Assembly: GCA_963782055.1 (NCBI GenBank)
Contig: CAWAIF010000003.1
Location: forward strand, 4,736,001-4,800,000
Length of the DNA stretch: 64,000 bases
DNA from: an uncultured delta proteobacterium
Lineage (GTDB): Bacteria; Myxococcota_A; Polyangia; Polyangiales; Polyangiaceae
Direction of reading: 5' to 3'
Positions 18,591 to 31,757 of the stretch are shown here, in pieces (the stretch's first letter is position 1; the number at the start of each line of letters is the position of its first letter). The notes beneath the pieces were generated by a model. That model had not been told where the DNA came from and made no database searches. It saw only the letters and a list, made by a program, of their open reading frames with translations. The translations under genes and the position numbers were made by a program.

Positions 18591-20255
18591 GTGGCATCCA
18601 GGATCTGCCCCGAGTGCGCCGAGCTTTACCCGAACGACGCGGGCTTCTGCCCGCTCGACGGCACCAAGCTCGTGCCGCAGCTCGACCCGCTGCTCGGCCG
18701 CACCATCTCCTCGCGCTACCGGCTGATCAAGAAGCTCGGCGCCGGCGGGATGGCGAACGTGTACCTCGCCCGGCACGTCATGATCGACCGCAAGAACGCC
18801 ATCAAGGTGCTGCGCAACGACCTGAGCCTCGACCCCAACCACCGCGAGCGCTTCCTGCGCGAGGCGCGCGCCGTCAACCGCATCAACCACCCGAACATCG
18901 TCGAGATCACCGACTTCGGCGAGTTCGACGGCATGGCGTACCTGGTGATGGAGTACGCCGAGGGCGAGAGCCTGCTCGCCGCGCTCAAGCGCGAGACGTT
19001 CGGCTGGGACCGGGCGGCGCGCGTGGCGCTCCAGGTCGCCTCGGCGCTGGCGCGCGCGCACGAGGCGGGCGTCATCCACCGCGATCTGAAGCCGGAAAAC
19101 GTGCTGCTGCTCGCGCCGGCGCCGGGCGCCCCGCCGGACGACGGCGACCGCGTCAAGCTGACCGACTTCGGCATCGCCAAGATCGTCGACGCCCCCGCGC
19201 TCACCTTCTCGGAGCAGATGTTCGGCACGCCCGGGTACATCGCGCCGGAGTACGTCGAGGGCGTGCCGCCGGACGGGCGCGCCGACCTCTTCTCCCTCGG
19301 AGTGATGCTCTACGAGATGATCGCCGGCCGCCTGCCCTGGGAGGCGCGGAGCCAGGCGGACCTGTTGCTGCGCCCGCTGAGCGTCGCGCCCACGCCGCTC
19401 TCGCAGCGAGAGGTGGAGGTGCCACCGGAGATCGACTCGCTGGTGCTATCCATGCTGGCGAAGCGACCGGAGGACCGCCCGGGGGACGCCTTCGCCGTCC
19501 ACGACGCGCTGGTCTCGGTGCTGCGCCGCTACGCGCCGTCGCGCTCCAACCGGCCGCCGCCTCCTGCGTCGAACGAGCGCGACGAGAGGCCCACCATGGC
19601 CGACGCGATGCCCTCCGCGCCGCCGCAGGTGACCGCCGAGCTCGGCCGGCTGCAGACGTCGGAGATGGCGTCGCGCTGGACGGCGGCGCTCTCCGAGGTG
19701 CAGGTGGCGCTCGCGCGGGCGCGGCGCAAGGGCATCGCCCGGGAGGCGGCGGCGCGCGCCGACGACCTGCTCTCGCACGTGCGCGGCCTGGTGACGAACC
19801 TGGAGCGCGCGACGCGCACAGTCGCCGAGGTGCAGGCGCGGGTGGATCGGCTGGAGGCGCACGCGCGGGAGTTTCGCGCCAACCTGGGGCACGCGATCGA
19901 CGCCCTGTCGCACGACCGCTCGCGCGAGCGCGCGCACCGGGTGGCGCTGCGGGCGCGCCGCGACGAGCTGGAGTCGCCCGCGAGCAGCGCGTCGGCCGAG
20001 GCCCACGTCTGGGAGAACGCGGCGCTTGTCGCGGAGGAAGAGCGCGCGCGGGCGGTGGAGGACGACCTCGCCTTCCAGATCGTCCAGCTCCAGCTCCGGC
20101 TGGAAGCCCAGAACGAGCGCTTCGAGAAGGACTTCGCCGTCGCCACGGGCGAGCTGGAGGGCGCCATCTCGGCCGTGCGCGCCATGACGAGCGAGATCGT
20201 GCGCACGCTCGACGAGGCCGCGGTGATCGTGTCGGCGCCGCGCCGCCGCCGCTGA
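18591..20255 (+). CDS. Ser/Thr protein kinase with N-terminal zinc ribbon and C-terminal coiled coil
   Basis: CPEC...FCPLDG, LGAGGMANVY, AIKVL, HRDLKPEN, DFG, GTPGYIAPE; no TM helix. Confidence 0.93.
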   Translation: MASRICPECAELYPNDAGFCPLDGTKLVPQLDPLLGRTISSRYRLIKKLGAGGMANVYLARHVMIDRKNAIKVLRNDLSLDPNHRERFLREARAVNRINHPNIVEITDFGEFDGMAYLVMEYAEGESLLAALKRETFGWDRAARVALQVASALARAHEAGVIHRDLKPENVLLLAPAPGAPPDDGDRVKLTDFGIAKIVDAPALTFSEQMFGTPGYIAPEYVEGVPPDGRADLFSLGVMLYEMIAGRLPWEARSQADLLLRPLSVAPTPLSQREVEVPPEIDSLVLSMLAKRPEDRPGDAFAVHDALVSVLRRYAPSRSNRPPPPASNERDERPTMADAMPSAPPQVTAELGRLQTSEMASRWTAALSEVQVALARARRKGIAREAAARADDLLSHVRGLVTNLERATRTVAEVQARVDRLEAHAREFRANLGHAIDALSHDRSRERAHRVALRARRDELESPASSASAEAHVWENAALVAEEERARAVEDDLAFQIVQLQLRLEAQNERFEKDFAVATGELEGAISAVRAMTSEIVRTLDEAAVIVSAPRRRR

Positions 20256-20263
20256 CGCGGGGC

Positions 20264-20890
20264 TCAGAGCCCGTCGGCGCTTCCGGCGTCCAACGGGCAG
20301 GGCGGCAGGTCGGTCGGACAGGACCAGTGTCCGTCACTGCAGAAGCAGGAGAGGGTCCCGGCGTAGTTGCCGTCGCAGTCGTAGTAGGCCGTATCGGACG
20401 AGCACATCCCCTGGAAGCCGGAGAGTGAGCACGCCGCGCCCTCCTGCACGGTGGACGGCGGCGGACACGCAGGCTTGGGCGGCGGTTCGCAGTTGGTCGG
20501 GGTGTCGCACGAGAACTTCGACCCGTCGCAGGTGCAGTAGAGGATGGGCGCGTTGACGCACGCGAGCTGCGTCGCCGACTCGCACCGGAGACCGCTGGAG
20601 GAGCAGGAGTCGCCGGCCTTCGCGCCCTTGGTGGGACACTGGTTGGTGGGCTGCGGGCAGCTCGGCGCCCCGAGCTGCGGGCACTGCCACCCGTCGGCGG
20701 TGCACGCGCAGGCGAGGTGGTGCGTCCCCTCGCAGTCGGTCACCGTCTGGGTGCACGTCCCGTTCTCCGGGCACGCGGTGCCGAGGTCGGAGGGGCAGGG
20801 AGCGCCGGAGTCGATCTTGCCACCGCAGTCGAGGGCGAGGAGGGCGCCGACGGCGGCCAGGGCGAACGCAGCGAGGGAGGAGCGGAGCAT
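20264..20890 (-). CDS. Cys-rich lipoprotein
   Basis: LLALDC-GG; three similar Cys modules (GxxC...CxCxxxxW/FxC). Confidence 0.72.
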   Translation of the reverse strand: MLRSSLAAFALAAVGALLALDCGGKIDSGAPCPSDLGTACPENGTCTQTVTDCEGTHHLACACTADGWQCPQLGAPSCPQPTNQCPTKGAKAGDSCSSSGLRCESATQLACVNAPILYCTCDGSKFSCDTPTNCEPPPKPACPPPSTVQEGAACSLSGFQGMCSSDTAYYDCDGNYAGTLSCFCSDGHWSCPTDLPPCPLDAGSADGL

Positions 20891-20981
20891 GGTGGAGCAC
20901 TTCGCAAGGCACATGCCGCGCGAGCGGCGCGGAACTCCGGGATTTCGGCCCGGCCGCGTGTGCCACTCTGCGCCGGACGCG

Positions 20982-21641
20982 TCAGGATTGCCGGGTGGCC
21001 GAGCGCGATCCGGAGGCCGGCGTCACCACCCCCAGCAGCCCGCCGAGCTTGCGGGGCTTGGGGTCGGGGTCGTGATCGCGGACGTACCGGAGGTTGACGG
21101 CGTTGACGAGCACGTGGGCGGCGATGCAGCCGATCAGTTGACCCGTCAACGCATAGACGAGGGCGAGGAAGAGGCCCATGACGAAGGCGGAGGCCGCCCA
21201 GCCCCAGCGACCGGCGCCGCGGACCTGATGGAGCGCGCCGAAGGCGAGCGAGGAGAGCCAGACGCCGAGGGTGACCGAGAGGAAGCCGCGGAAGAAGAGC
21301 TCCTCGCCGATGCCGCTCGCGAGGGCGATGAAGAGGAGCGTCGCGCTCCCCTCGTCCCGGACGAAGGGGCGGAGCTTGCCGTGGAGCGCGCGCGCCCACG
21401 CCGCGCGGTGCACCAGGGCGCGCGTGAGGAGCAGCGCCAGCCCGGCCCCCGCCAGCCCGAGGCAGAGGGACGCGACGACCGCCTCCGCGCCCGCGGTGGG
21501 GAGCCACGGATGACGGGTGGTGGGGCGGTGGCCGAAGAGCAGGGCGAGGCTCGCGCCGAGCACGCCGAGGCCCACGTACACCAGCGCCATCAGCGAGGCG
21601 ACCTGCCCCCTGCCCTCCCTGTGCTCGCGCTCGAAGCGCAT
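20982..21641 (-). CDS. CPBP (Abi/CAAX) intramembrane glutamic endopeptidase
   Basis: GEELFFRG, FGALH, AAHVLVN motifs. Confidence 0.88.
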   Translation of the reverse strand: MRFEREHREGRGQVASLMALVYVGLGVLGASLALLFGHRPTTRHPWLPTAGAEAVVASLCLGLAGAGLALLLTRALVHRAAWARALHGKLRPFVRDEGSATLLFIALASGIGEELFFRGFLSVTLGVWLSSLAFGALHQVRGAGRWGWAASAFVMGLFLALVYALTGQLIGCIAAHVLVNAVNLRYVRDHDPDPKPRKLGGLLGVVTPASGSRSATRQS

Positions 21642-21766
21642 GGCCTGACGAATGGCATGCGCGCCGCGGGAGCGCAACAGCCCCGCGGCTCGGCTGTGAG
21701 CGCCGCCCCGGCAATGGCCGCGCAGGAGCAGAAAGCCTGCAATGTCTGGTATGGTGTCGGGGCTCG

Positions 21767-23254
<1,488 letters not shown>

Positions 23255-23276
23255 ACGCCGCGACCCCGGCCGACGG

Positions 23277-23305
23277 TGGCCAGCGGCGGCGCGCCGCGCT
23301 ATAGA
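23277..23305 (+). promoter_or_regulatory. Candidate sigma-70 promoter TGGCCA-N17-TATAGA for guaB
   Basis: Spacing and position fit; the match to consensus is imperfect. Confidence 0.3.
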
Positions 23306-23338
23306 GTCGCGCACTCTCAGTCCACGTGCCCCGCATGA

Positions 23339-24834
<1,496 letters not shown>

Positions 24835-24835
<1 letters not shown>

Positions 24836-25611
24836 TGGCCAGGGCCGACGTCACCGCATACTGGCTGGGGCGCGTCGAGTACGGCCGCGCCCTCGCCCTG
24901 CAGGAGTCACTCCTGCGCGCGCGCATCGACAAGACGGTGGGCGACACGCTGCTCCTGCTGGAGCACGACCCGGTCATCACCCTCGGCCGCGGGGCCTCGG
25001 CGGACAACGTCCTGCTCGGCGCGGCGGCGCGGGAGGCGCGCGGCGTCGGGCTGTACGAGACCGGCCGCGGCGGCGACGTCACCTACCACGGGCCGGGGCA
25101 GCTCGTGGCGTACCCCGTCTTCGACCTGCGCCCGGATCGGTGCGACGTGCGCCGCTACGTGCGCGACCTGGCCGCCGTGATGATGGCACTCTGCAACGAT
25201 CACGGCGTGGGCGCCGGCCTCATGCCACCCGACCCGAAGTACGTCGGGGTCTGGGTGGACCTGGAAGCCCCCGCGCGGTGGGCGCCCCTGGAGGAGGGGG
25301 ACCTGGCGCTGCCCCACCGCCGCGTCGCCAAGGTGGGCGCCATCGGCGTGCGGCTCTCGCGCTGGGTCACCATGCACGGCTTCGCGTTCAACGTGTCCAC
25401 CGACCTCGCCGGCTTCTCCGCGATCGTCCCGTGCGGCATCAAGGAGTACGAGGTCGCCTCGCTCGCCTCCCTCGGCGTCTCCCCCGTCCCGGCGGTGGAG
25501 GACGTCGCCCGCCGTGCCGGCGAGCACTTCGCGCGCGTCTTCGACGCGAACCTCTCCTTCGCCGACCCCGCGCAGCTCCTCTCCCTTCAGGGAGAGGGCG
25601 CCGGGGGGTGA
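24835..25611 (+). CDS. lipB: Lipoyl(octanoyl) transferase
   Basis: LLEHDPVITLG, RGGDVTYHGPGQLVAYP, KVGAIG, HGFAFNV, IVPCGI. Confidence 0.95.
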
Positions 25612-25613
25612 GG
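25578..25613. repeat. REP-like palindromic element, copy 1
   Basis: CCTCTCCC-TTCA-GGGAGAGG followed by GCGCCGGGGGGTGAGG; similar to 33260-33293. Confidence 0.55.
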
Positions 25614-26249
25614 TCGGGTGGCGATGATCGCCACGTTGGCGAAGGGCGTGCTTCCCCAGCTCGGCTCGACGCGCACGGTGAAGCCGGCCGCCTCCAGCGA
25701 GCCCACGACGTCGGCGATGGGGCGCACCCGCACGCGCTCGCCCACGTTGTAGCCGAGCAGGGTGGTGATGCCCTCCTGTAGCTTCGTCGTGGCGCTGCGC
25801 CACCCGCGATCGGGGTCGAGCTCGCGCACCACGACGGCGCGGCGCGCGGAGGCGATGACCCTGGCCACCAGATCCTCCTGCTGCTTGTCCGTCAGGTAGT
25901 GCAGCACGTCCACCAGCAGCACGGTGTCGGCTTCCGGGATGGGCTCGGTGCGGACGTCGCCCTGGCTGAAGTGGGCCCGCAGGCCCTCGGCCGCGGCGTT
26001 TCCCTCCTCCACCTTCTTGGCGTCCCAGTCGAAGCCGCTGACGCGCTCGGCGACGCCGCTCTCGCAGAGCAGCACGGCCATCTGCCCGCGGCCGCAGCCG
26101 ACATCCACCACGTGACCGAGCGGCTGCTCCCGCCCCAGGGCCACCAGCTGCCCCGCGATGGGATCGCTGCTCAGCTTCCCCTTCGCGTACATGCGCGAGG
26201 CGGTCCTGCGGTAGCGGTTGGCCACCCGGCTCACCAGCTCGGCGTCCAT
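25587..26249 (-). CDS. Class I SAM-dependent methyltransferase
   Basis: VVDVGCGRG, GFDWD, LVDVLHYL. Confidence 0.88.
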   Translation of the reverse strand: MDAELVSRVANRYRRTASRMYAKGKLSSDPIAGQLVALGREQPLGHVVDVGCGRGQMAVLLCESGVAERVSGFDWDAKKVEEGNAAAEGLRAHFSQGDVRTEPIPEADTVLLVDVLHYLTDKQQEDLVARVIASARRAVVVRELDPDRGWRSATTKLQEGITTLLGYNVGERVRVRPIADVVGSLEAAGFTVRVEPSWGSTPFANVAIIATRPHPPAPSP

Positions 26250-26313
26250 GTCCGGACTTTTCGTCCCTTTCTGGGGACCTGACAAGCGCCGTCGGTGTGA
26301 TTAGGCTTCGAAT

Positions 26314-27255
26314 ATGGCCAACTGGTCCGCGCTGCGCGATGGGCTGTTGCTTTCGCGGGTGGACGAGGGTCATTTTGGCAAGATCCACGTGCGGCGCTTC
26401 GCCGGGCCCGCCGTGTACACCGACCTGCTGGACCCCATTCGCGTGGCCCACCTGACCGACCTCCACGTCGGCCGCGTCACGCCGATGCGCGTCCACGAGG
26501 AGGCCGTCCAGCTCACCAACGCCTCGCAGCCGGACCTCGTCGCCATCACCGGCGACTTCGTCTGCCACAGCCAGAGATTTCTGGACGAGCTCGGCGAGGT
26601 CATCCGGGGCATCCGCGCGCCGGTGGTGGCCGTGCTGGGCAACCACGACTACTGGTCGGGCGCCGACGAGGTGGTCCGCACGCTGGAGCACGCCGGCGCC
26701 CTCGTGCTCCGCAACCAGAACACCGTGCTGACGCTGGGCCACCAGCGCCTCCAGCTCGTCGGCCTGGACGACGCCTACACCGGCCACGCCGACTACGGCC
26801 GGGCGCTGCGAGGCCTCCGCCACGACCTCCCCACGCTCGGCCTCTCGCACATCGCCGAAGAGGCGGACGCCCTCTGGCACCACGACGTGCCGCTCGTGCT
26901 CTCCGGCCACACCCACGCCGGGCAGATCACCGTCGCGCGCCTCCACGAGCTCGCCCTCGGCCACATCGTCGGTCACAGGTACGTCCACGGCCTGTACGGC
27001 GACCGCCGCGCCCACGGCGCGGTCTACGTCGGCGCGGGCATCGGCGCGGCGATCATGCCGGTGCGGCTGGGCGCCCGCGCCCGCCGGGAGATCACCCTCT
27101 TCGAGCTGGGGCAGCAGCCGGGCGCCTTCCGCGAGGACCACGAGGAGCAGAGCCCCCTGCCCGGCCGCCCGGTCCCCCTCAAGAAGCAGATGAAGCGCAT
27201 CGCCGCGGTGGAGCGCAAGCGCCTCCAGCGGGAGAGCAAGAAGCGCGACGCGTAG
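26314..27255 (+). CDS. Metallophosphoesterase (YkuE/YaeI-like)
   Basis: TDLH, TGDF, LGNHDY, LSGHTHAGQ. Confidence 0.9.
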   Translation: MANWSALRDGLLLSRVDEGHFGKIHVRRFAGPAVYTDLLDPIRVAHLTDLHVGRVTPMRVHEEAVQLTNASQPDLVAITGDFVCHSQRFLDELGEVIRGIRAPVVAVLGNHDYWSGADEVVRTLEHAGALVLRNQNTVLTLGHQRLQLVGLDDAYTGHADYGRALRGLRHDLPTLGLSHIAEEADALWHHDVPLVLSGHTHAGQITVARLHELALGHIVGHRYVHGLYGDRRAHGAVYVGAGIGAAIMPVRLGARARREITLFELGQQPGAFREDHEEQSPLPGRPVPLKKQMKRIAAVERKRLQRESKKRDA

Positions 27256-27273
27256 CGCTCCTCCTGCGTCCTC

Positions 27274-28005
27274 TCAATCCGCGGGCGGCGTGGACGGCTT
27301 CGCGCGGTAGGCGGCGAGCATCCGCATGTACATCTTCGCCTGGGTGTTCTCCGGCTCGATCTCGAGGGCGCGGGTCCACTGCTCGTCGGCGCCGTCCGCC
27401 TCCCCCTGCGAGAGGAGCGTCACGCCCAGCGCGAGGCGCGCGGGAACGTAGTTGGGGCGGGCCGCGACGGCGGCCTCGTAGTGCTCGCGCGCCCGCGGGG
27501 TCTCCTTCACCTCGCGCAGCAGGTTGCCGAGCTTCGTGCGCAGGTCGGCGAACTGCGGACACAGCCCGACGGCCTTCTCCAGCTCGGCGATCGCCTCGTG
27601 GACGAGGCCGGAGTCGGCGTAGGCCTGCGCCAGGTCGGCGTGCATGTTGGCGAGCTTGCCGCGGGCGAAGGGATCCAGCCCGGAGAGGGCGCCGGAGGGC
27701 TTGCCCTTGATGCGCGAGTAGACCTGCCGCGCGGCCTCGTACTTGCCGCGGTCGTTGTAGGTCACGGCGAGGTTGAGGGCGGCCTCGGTGTAGGAGGGGT
27801 TGATCTCCAGCGCGCGCTCGAAGTGCTGCTCGGCCAGCATGAAGTTGCCGCGCGAGTGCGCGATGACGCCGAGCATGTCGTGCACGTCGGCGAAGCGGTC
27901 GTCCTGCTGCAACACCTGGCGCAGCAAGGGCTCGGCCTTGTCGTACTCGCGCTTGCCGTAGTGCTCCCGTCCCAGGAGCAGCGTTTGTTTCAGGCCCTCG
28001 TCCAT
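27274..28005 (-). CDS. Cytoplasmic TPR protein
   Basis: Several TPR units (ALEINPSYTEAALNLA, ARPNYVPARLALG). Confidence 0.85.
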   Translation of the reverse strand: MDEGLKQTLLLGREHYGKREYDKAEPLLRQVLQQDDRFADVHDMLGVIAHSRGNFMLAEQHFERALEINPSYTEAALNLAVTYNDRGKYEAARQVYSRIKGKPSGALSGLDPFARGKLANMHADLAQAYADSGLVHEAIAELEKAVGLCPQFADLRTKLGNLLREVKETPRAREHYEAAVAARPNYVPARLALGVTLLSQGEADGADEQWTRALEIEPENTQAKMYMRMLAAYRAKPSTPPAD

Positions 28006-28166
28006 CGTGGAATCGTCGATCGAAGTTAGGCGAGAGCGCCCCGTCTTGTCGCCTCCTTTTTTCGGCGACGGGCGGGGGGCCGCTCCGGTCGACGCGCCCT
28101 TCGAGCTGTCGGCCGGCCTGCGGCCGGGTTGCGCGGGCGGGCGCCGGACGGTATGGGTCGCCCGCC

Positions 28167-29636
28167 GTGGACGAGAAGCCGGACGTTCCCTCGACAGTGA
28201 GACCGAAGCCGCGGCTGGGCGCCCGCGCTCTCGCCGCGCTCGCGCTCGCCGCGGGGGCGCTGACGATTGCCTGCGTCTCGGCGCCCTTCGCCGCGCTCGC
28301 CCGGCGCAACGTCCACGCCGCGGCGGCGCCGCCTGTGCACCACGAGGCGGCGGTGGCCACCGCGAGCGCGGCGCCGGCCGATCTGGACGCCGGCGCCCCG
28401 GCCGAGACGCCGCCGCACCCGCGCGTGCACACCTTCCGGGTGGCCGACCTCGCGGGCGACACGCGCGTCCACCTCGCCAAGGGGTCGGTGGGCAAGCACC
28501 CGCTGCTCGTCGCGCTCTCCGCGGCGGGCCTCGGCAAGAAGGCGGGGATGGCGGTGGTCACCGCGTTCAAGGGCGTGCGCGATCTGGACCACTGCGCGCC
28601 GAGCGACACCTTCGCCTTCGCCAAGTCGGTCGCCGACGGCCACCTCGTCGCCTTCGAGTTCGCCACCTCCCGTGAGGACGTGTGGCAGACACGCGAGGCG
28701 GACGGCGCGCTGGAGAAGGCGCACAAGCTGGAGCTGGACATCGAGCATCACCAGGTGGCCGTGGGCCTGGTGGTGCAGGCCGACCTGCGCACCGCGATCA
28801 GCCACGCCAAGCTGGACGAGGGCCTGCTCTCCATGCTGGACGACGCGCTCGACGGCCACGCCGACCTCTCCGATCTCAAGCCCGGCGTGCGTCTGCGCAT
28901 CGTCGCGACCGAGGAGCGCGTGGAGGGCCGCTTCACCGGCTACTCCTCGCTCGACGCGGTGGAGTACACGGCGGTCGGCCATGACCCGCTCCGGATCTAC
29001 TGGTACGCGCGTGGCTCGAGCGACCCGCACGGCAGCCACCACGGCCCCGGCGGCTACTACGACGCCAAGGGCCGCCAGCCCTACCACGGAGGCTGGCGCT
29101 CGCCGGTGCCGATGGCGCGCATCTCCTCGCGCTTCGACCCGCACCGCATGCACCCGGTGCTGCACGTCATCATGCCGCACAACGGGGTGGACTTCGCCGC
29201 GCCGAGCGGGACGCCCGTCTACGCGGCCGCCTCCGGCAAGGTGGTGGTGATGAGCCGGAGCGGGCCGTGCGGCAACATGATCAAGATCGACCACCCGAAC
29301 GGCCTGACCAGCGCGTACTGCCACCTCTCGCGCTTCGCCGGCGGGCTGCACGTGGGCGAGCACGTCGAGACGCGGCAGCTCATCGGCTACGTCGGCCAGA
29401 CCGGCCGCGCCACCGGTCCTCACCTGCACTTCGCGGTGAAGCGCGGCGCCGTCTTCCTCGACCCGCTGGCGATGAAGCTGGACGGCGTGCGCGTGCTCCC
29501 ACCCGCGGCCAGAGACGACTTCGAGCACCTGCGCGAGGCGATGGACAAGGCCCTGGACGCCATCCCCCTGCCGGAGAGCCCCGACGCGGGGGAGGCGGAC
29601 GCGGGCGAGGTCTTCTACGAGGACCCCTCCCCCTGA
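28167..29636 (+). CDS. M23 family peptidoglycan metallo-endopeptidase
   Basis: HNGVDFAAPSGTPVYA, YCHLS, GRATGPHLHF; N-terminal TM helix. Confidence 0.92.
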   Translation: MDEKPDVPSTVRPKPRLGARALAALALAAGALTIACVSAPFAALARRNVHAAAAPPVHHEAAVATASAAPADLDAGAPAETPPHPRVHTFRVADLAGDTRVHLAKGSVGKHPLLVALSAAGLGKKAGMAVVTAFKGVRDLDHCAPSDTFAFAKSVADGHLVAFEFATSREDVWQTREADGALEKAHKLELDIEHHQVAVGLVVQADLRTAISHAKLDEGLLSMLDDALDGHADLSDLKPGVRLRIVATEERVEGRFTGYSSLDAVEYTAVGHDPLRIYWYARGSSDPHGSHHGPGGYYDAKGRQPYHGGWRSPVPMARISSRFDPHRMHPVLHVIMPHNGVDFAAPSGTPVYAAASGKVVVMSRSGPCGNMIKIDHPNGLTSAYCHLSRFAGGLHVGEHVETRQLIGYVGQTGRATGPHLHFAVKRGAVFLDPLAMKLDGVRVLPPAARDDFEHLREAMDKALDAIPLPESPDAGEADAGEVFYEDPSP

Positions 29637-29761
29637 GAGGACGGCTCCCACATCTGCGCACACGGGGACGCCCGCAGAGAAAAATCCAGCGGTGGCGCTT
29701 TCGCCCGTTGCGCTGGTGGCAGCTTGGGTGCGATTCTTGAACGTGGAGGCGTGCGCGAGCC

Positions 29762-31666
29762 ATGCGTCTATCGTTCGAGCTTCTGGGACTGGGTATCGTG
29801 GGGTTGCTGGTGGCCGGCTGCGGCAGCGGCGACGGCCTCGGCGTGGGCGTCAACACCGACGACGGTGGCGTCGACGGTGGGGGCGGCCAGGACAGCAGCG
29901 TCATCTGGGACGCCGGCAACTCGCAGTTCGACCAGACCGCACCTCCCCCGGACCTGGACGCCACCCTGGACGTCTCCTTCCCCGACGCCTTCTACGGCCC
30001 GGACAGCAGCCAGGGTCAGGACGCCGGGCAGGGCCCCGACGGCGGGTGCAAGCCCGACGGCATCACCTGCAACGGCGACGTCGCCAACACCTGCAAGAAC
30101 GGCAACCTGACGAGCGTCGACTGCGCGCTCTCGGGGAAGATCTGCGCGGACGGCTACGGCTGCGTGGTGTGCGACCCCGGGTCCGGCACCTGCAACGGCA
30201 GCGCGGGCACCGTCTGCAACTCCGACGGCACCGGCTACGTCACCAACGACTGCGACCCGCTGATGGGCCTCTCCTGCCAGAGCGGCGTGTGCGTCGGCGC
30301 CTGCGCGACGGTCGGGCACAGCTACATCGGGTGCGACTACTACGCCGTGACGATGATCAACAACTGGCTCGACCAGACGACGTTCACCTTCTCGGTGTCC
30401 ATCGCCAACACGAGCCCCAACACCGCCTCGGTGACGATCACCGGGCCCGCCAACTACAGCAGCACGACCACCATCGCGGCGGGCGCCATCAAGGAGGTCA
30501 CCCTCCCGTGGGTGAGCTCGCTCTCCTGCGGCACCGGTCCGTGCAACGGCGGACAGCCCAACGCGCCGACCACCGAGAAGGTCACCGGCGGCGCGTACCG
30601 CATCCGGAGCACCGAGCCGGTGACGGTCTATCAGTTCAACGCGCGCGACTACGCGAAGGGTGGCTCGTACTCCTACACCAACGACGCCTCGCTGCTGCTG
30701 CCGGTCAACGCGATGACCGGGAACTACTACGCGGCGTCGTATCCGTCCTTCTACACGCTCCCCGGCATCGTGACGATCGTCGGCACCGAGGCGAACACGC
30801 AGGTCACCGTGTCGCCGTCCACGACCATCGTCTCCGGAGGCGGCCTGGCCGCCAACGGCGGGACCGTCACGCTGGGCCGGGGCGACGTGCTGCAGATCAC
30901 CAACCCCACGCCGGGCACGGGCTCCTATGGCTCGGACATGAGCGGCACGGGCATCTCGGCGTCGGCGCCCGTGGAGGTCTTCGGCGGGCAGGCGTGCGTC
31001 TACATCCCCGCGAGCCAGGGCTACTGCGACCACATGGAAGAGGTGATGTTCCCCAAGGAGACGCTGCGCGAGGACTACCTCGTCGTACCGCCCAAGGTGA
31101 CGGGCTACACGCCGAAGCACTTCGTCCGCATCGTCGGGACCGTCAACGGCACCACCCTCACCTACGATCCCACTCCAACCGTCACCTCCGGCACCGCCTC
31201 GACGTCGCTGAACGCGGGGCAGGTGGCGGTGTTCGAGACCGCGACGCCCTTCCACGTCACCGCCAACGCCAACCACCCCTTCGAGGTGGCCAGCTACATG
31301 GAAGGCTCCTCCAACTTCGGTGACGGCGTGCTGAGCGGCGACCCCGCGATGAGCATGGAGGTCGCCACCGCGCAGTTTCGCACCAGCTACGCCTTCACCG
31401 CGCCGAACAACTACCAGATCAACTGGGTGACGGTGCTCGCGCCGACGGGCAAGGCCGTGACGATCGACGGCAACAACGTCACCGGATGGACGACCATCGG
31501 CAACAGCGGCTACCGGTTCGCGTACTACCAGATCTGCAACGGCAACTGCGGCAACTCGTCGAGCAACCACTCGGCGAGCGGGACGGCGGGGTTCGGCATC
31601 CAGGTGTACGGCTACGGCAGCTACACCAGCTACATGTACCCGGGTGGCCTCGACCTGAATCGCTGA
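29762..31666 (+). CDS. Lipoprotein with Cys-rich region and IgGFc-binding protein N-terminal-like domain
   Basis: Lipobox LVAGC; SYIGCDYYAV, YTNDASLLLP, CDHMEE, GDPAM, YGSYTSYMYPGG. Confidence 0.8.
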   Translation: MRLSFELLGLGIVGLLVAGCGSGDGLGVGVNTDDGGVDGGGGQDSSVIWDAGNSQFDQTAPPPDLDATLDVSFPDAFYGPDSSQGQDAGQGPDGGCKPDGITCNGDVANTCKNGNLTSVDCALSGKICADGYGCVVCDPGSGTCNGSAGTVCNSDGTGYVTNDCDPLMGLSCQSGVCVGACATVGHSYIGCDYYAVTMINNWLDQTTFTFSVSIANTSPNTASVTITGPANYSSTTTIAAGAIKEVTLPWVSSLSCGTGPCNGGQPNAPTTEKVTGGAYRIRSTEPVTVYQFNARDYAKGGSYSYTNDASLLLPVNAMTGNYYAASYPSFYTLPGIVTIVGTEANTQVTVSPSTTIVSGGGLAANGGTVTLGRGDVLQITNPTPGTGSYGSDMSGTGISASAPVEVFGGQACVYIPASQGYCDHMEEVMFPKETLREDYLVVPPKVTGYTPKHFVRIVGTVNGTTLTYDPTPTVTSGTASTSLNAGQVAVFETATPFHVTANANHPFEVASYMEGSSNFGDGVLSGDPAMSMEVATAQFRTSYAFTAPNNYQINWVTVLAPTGKAVTIDGNNVTGWTTIGNSGYRFAYYQICNGNCGNSSSNHSASGTAGFGIQVYGYGSYTSYMYPGGLDLNR

Positions 31667-31757
31667 CGGCGAGGTTCCGGGCGCCCACATGGCCCTCCGC
31701 CGCCGCAGCTTTGCCCTTCAATCCCCCGCCTGCCGGTACTAGGGTAGGGCCGGCGGT

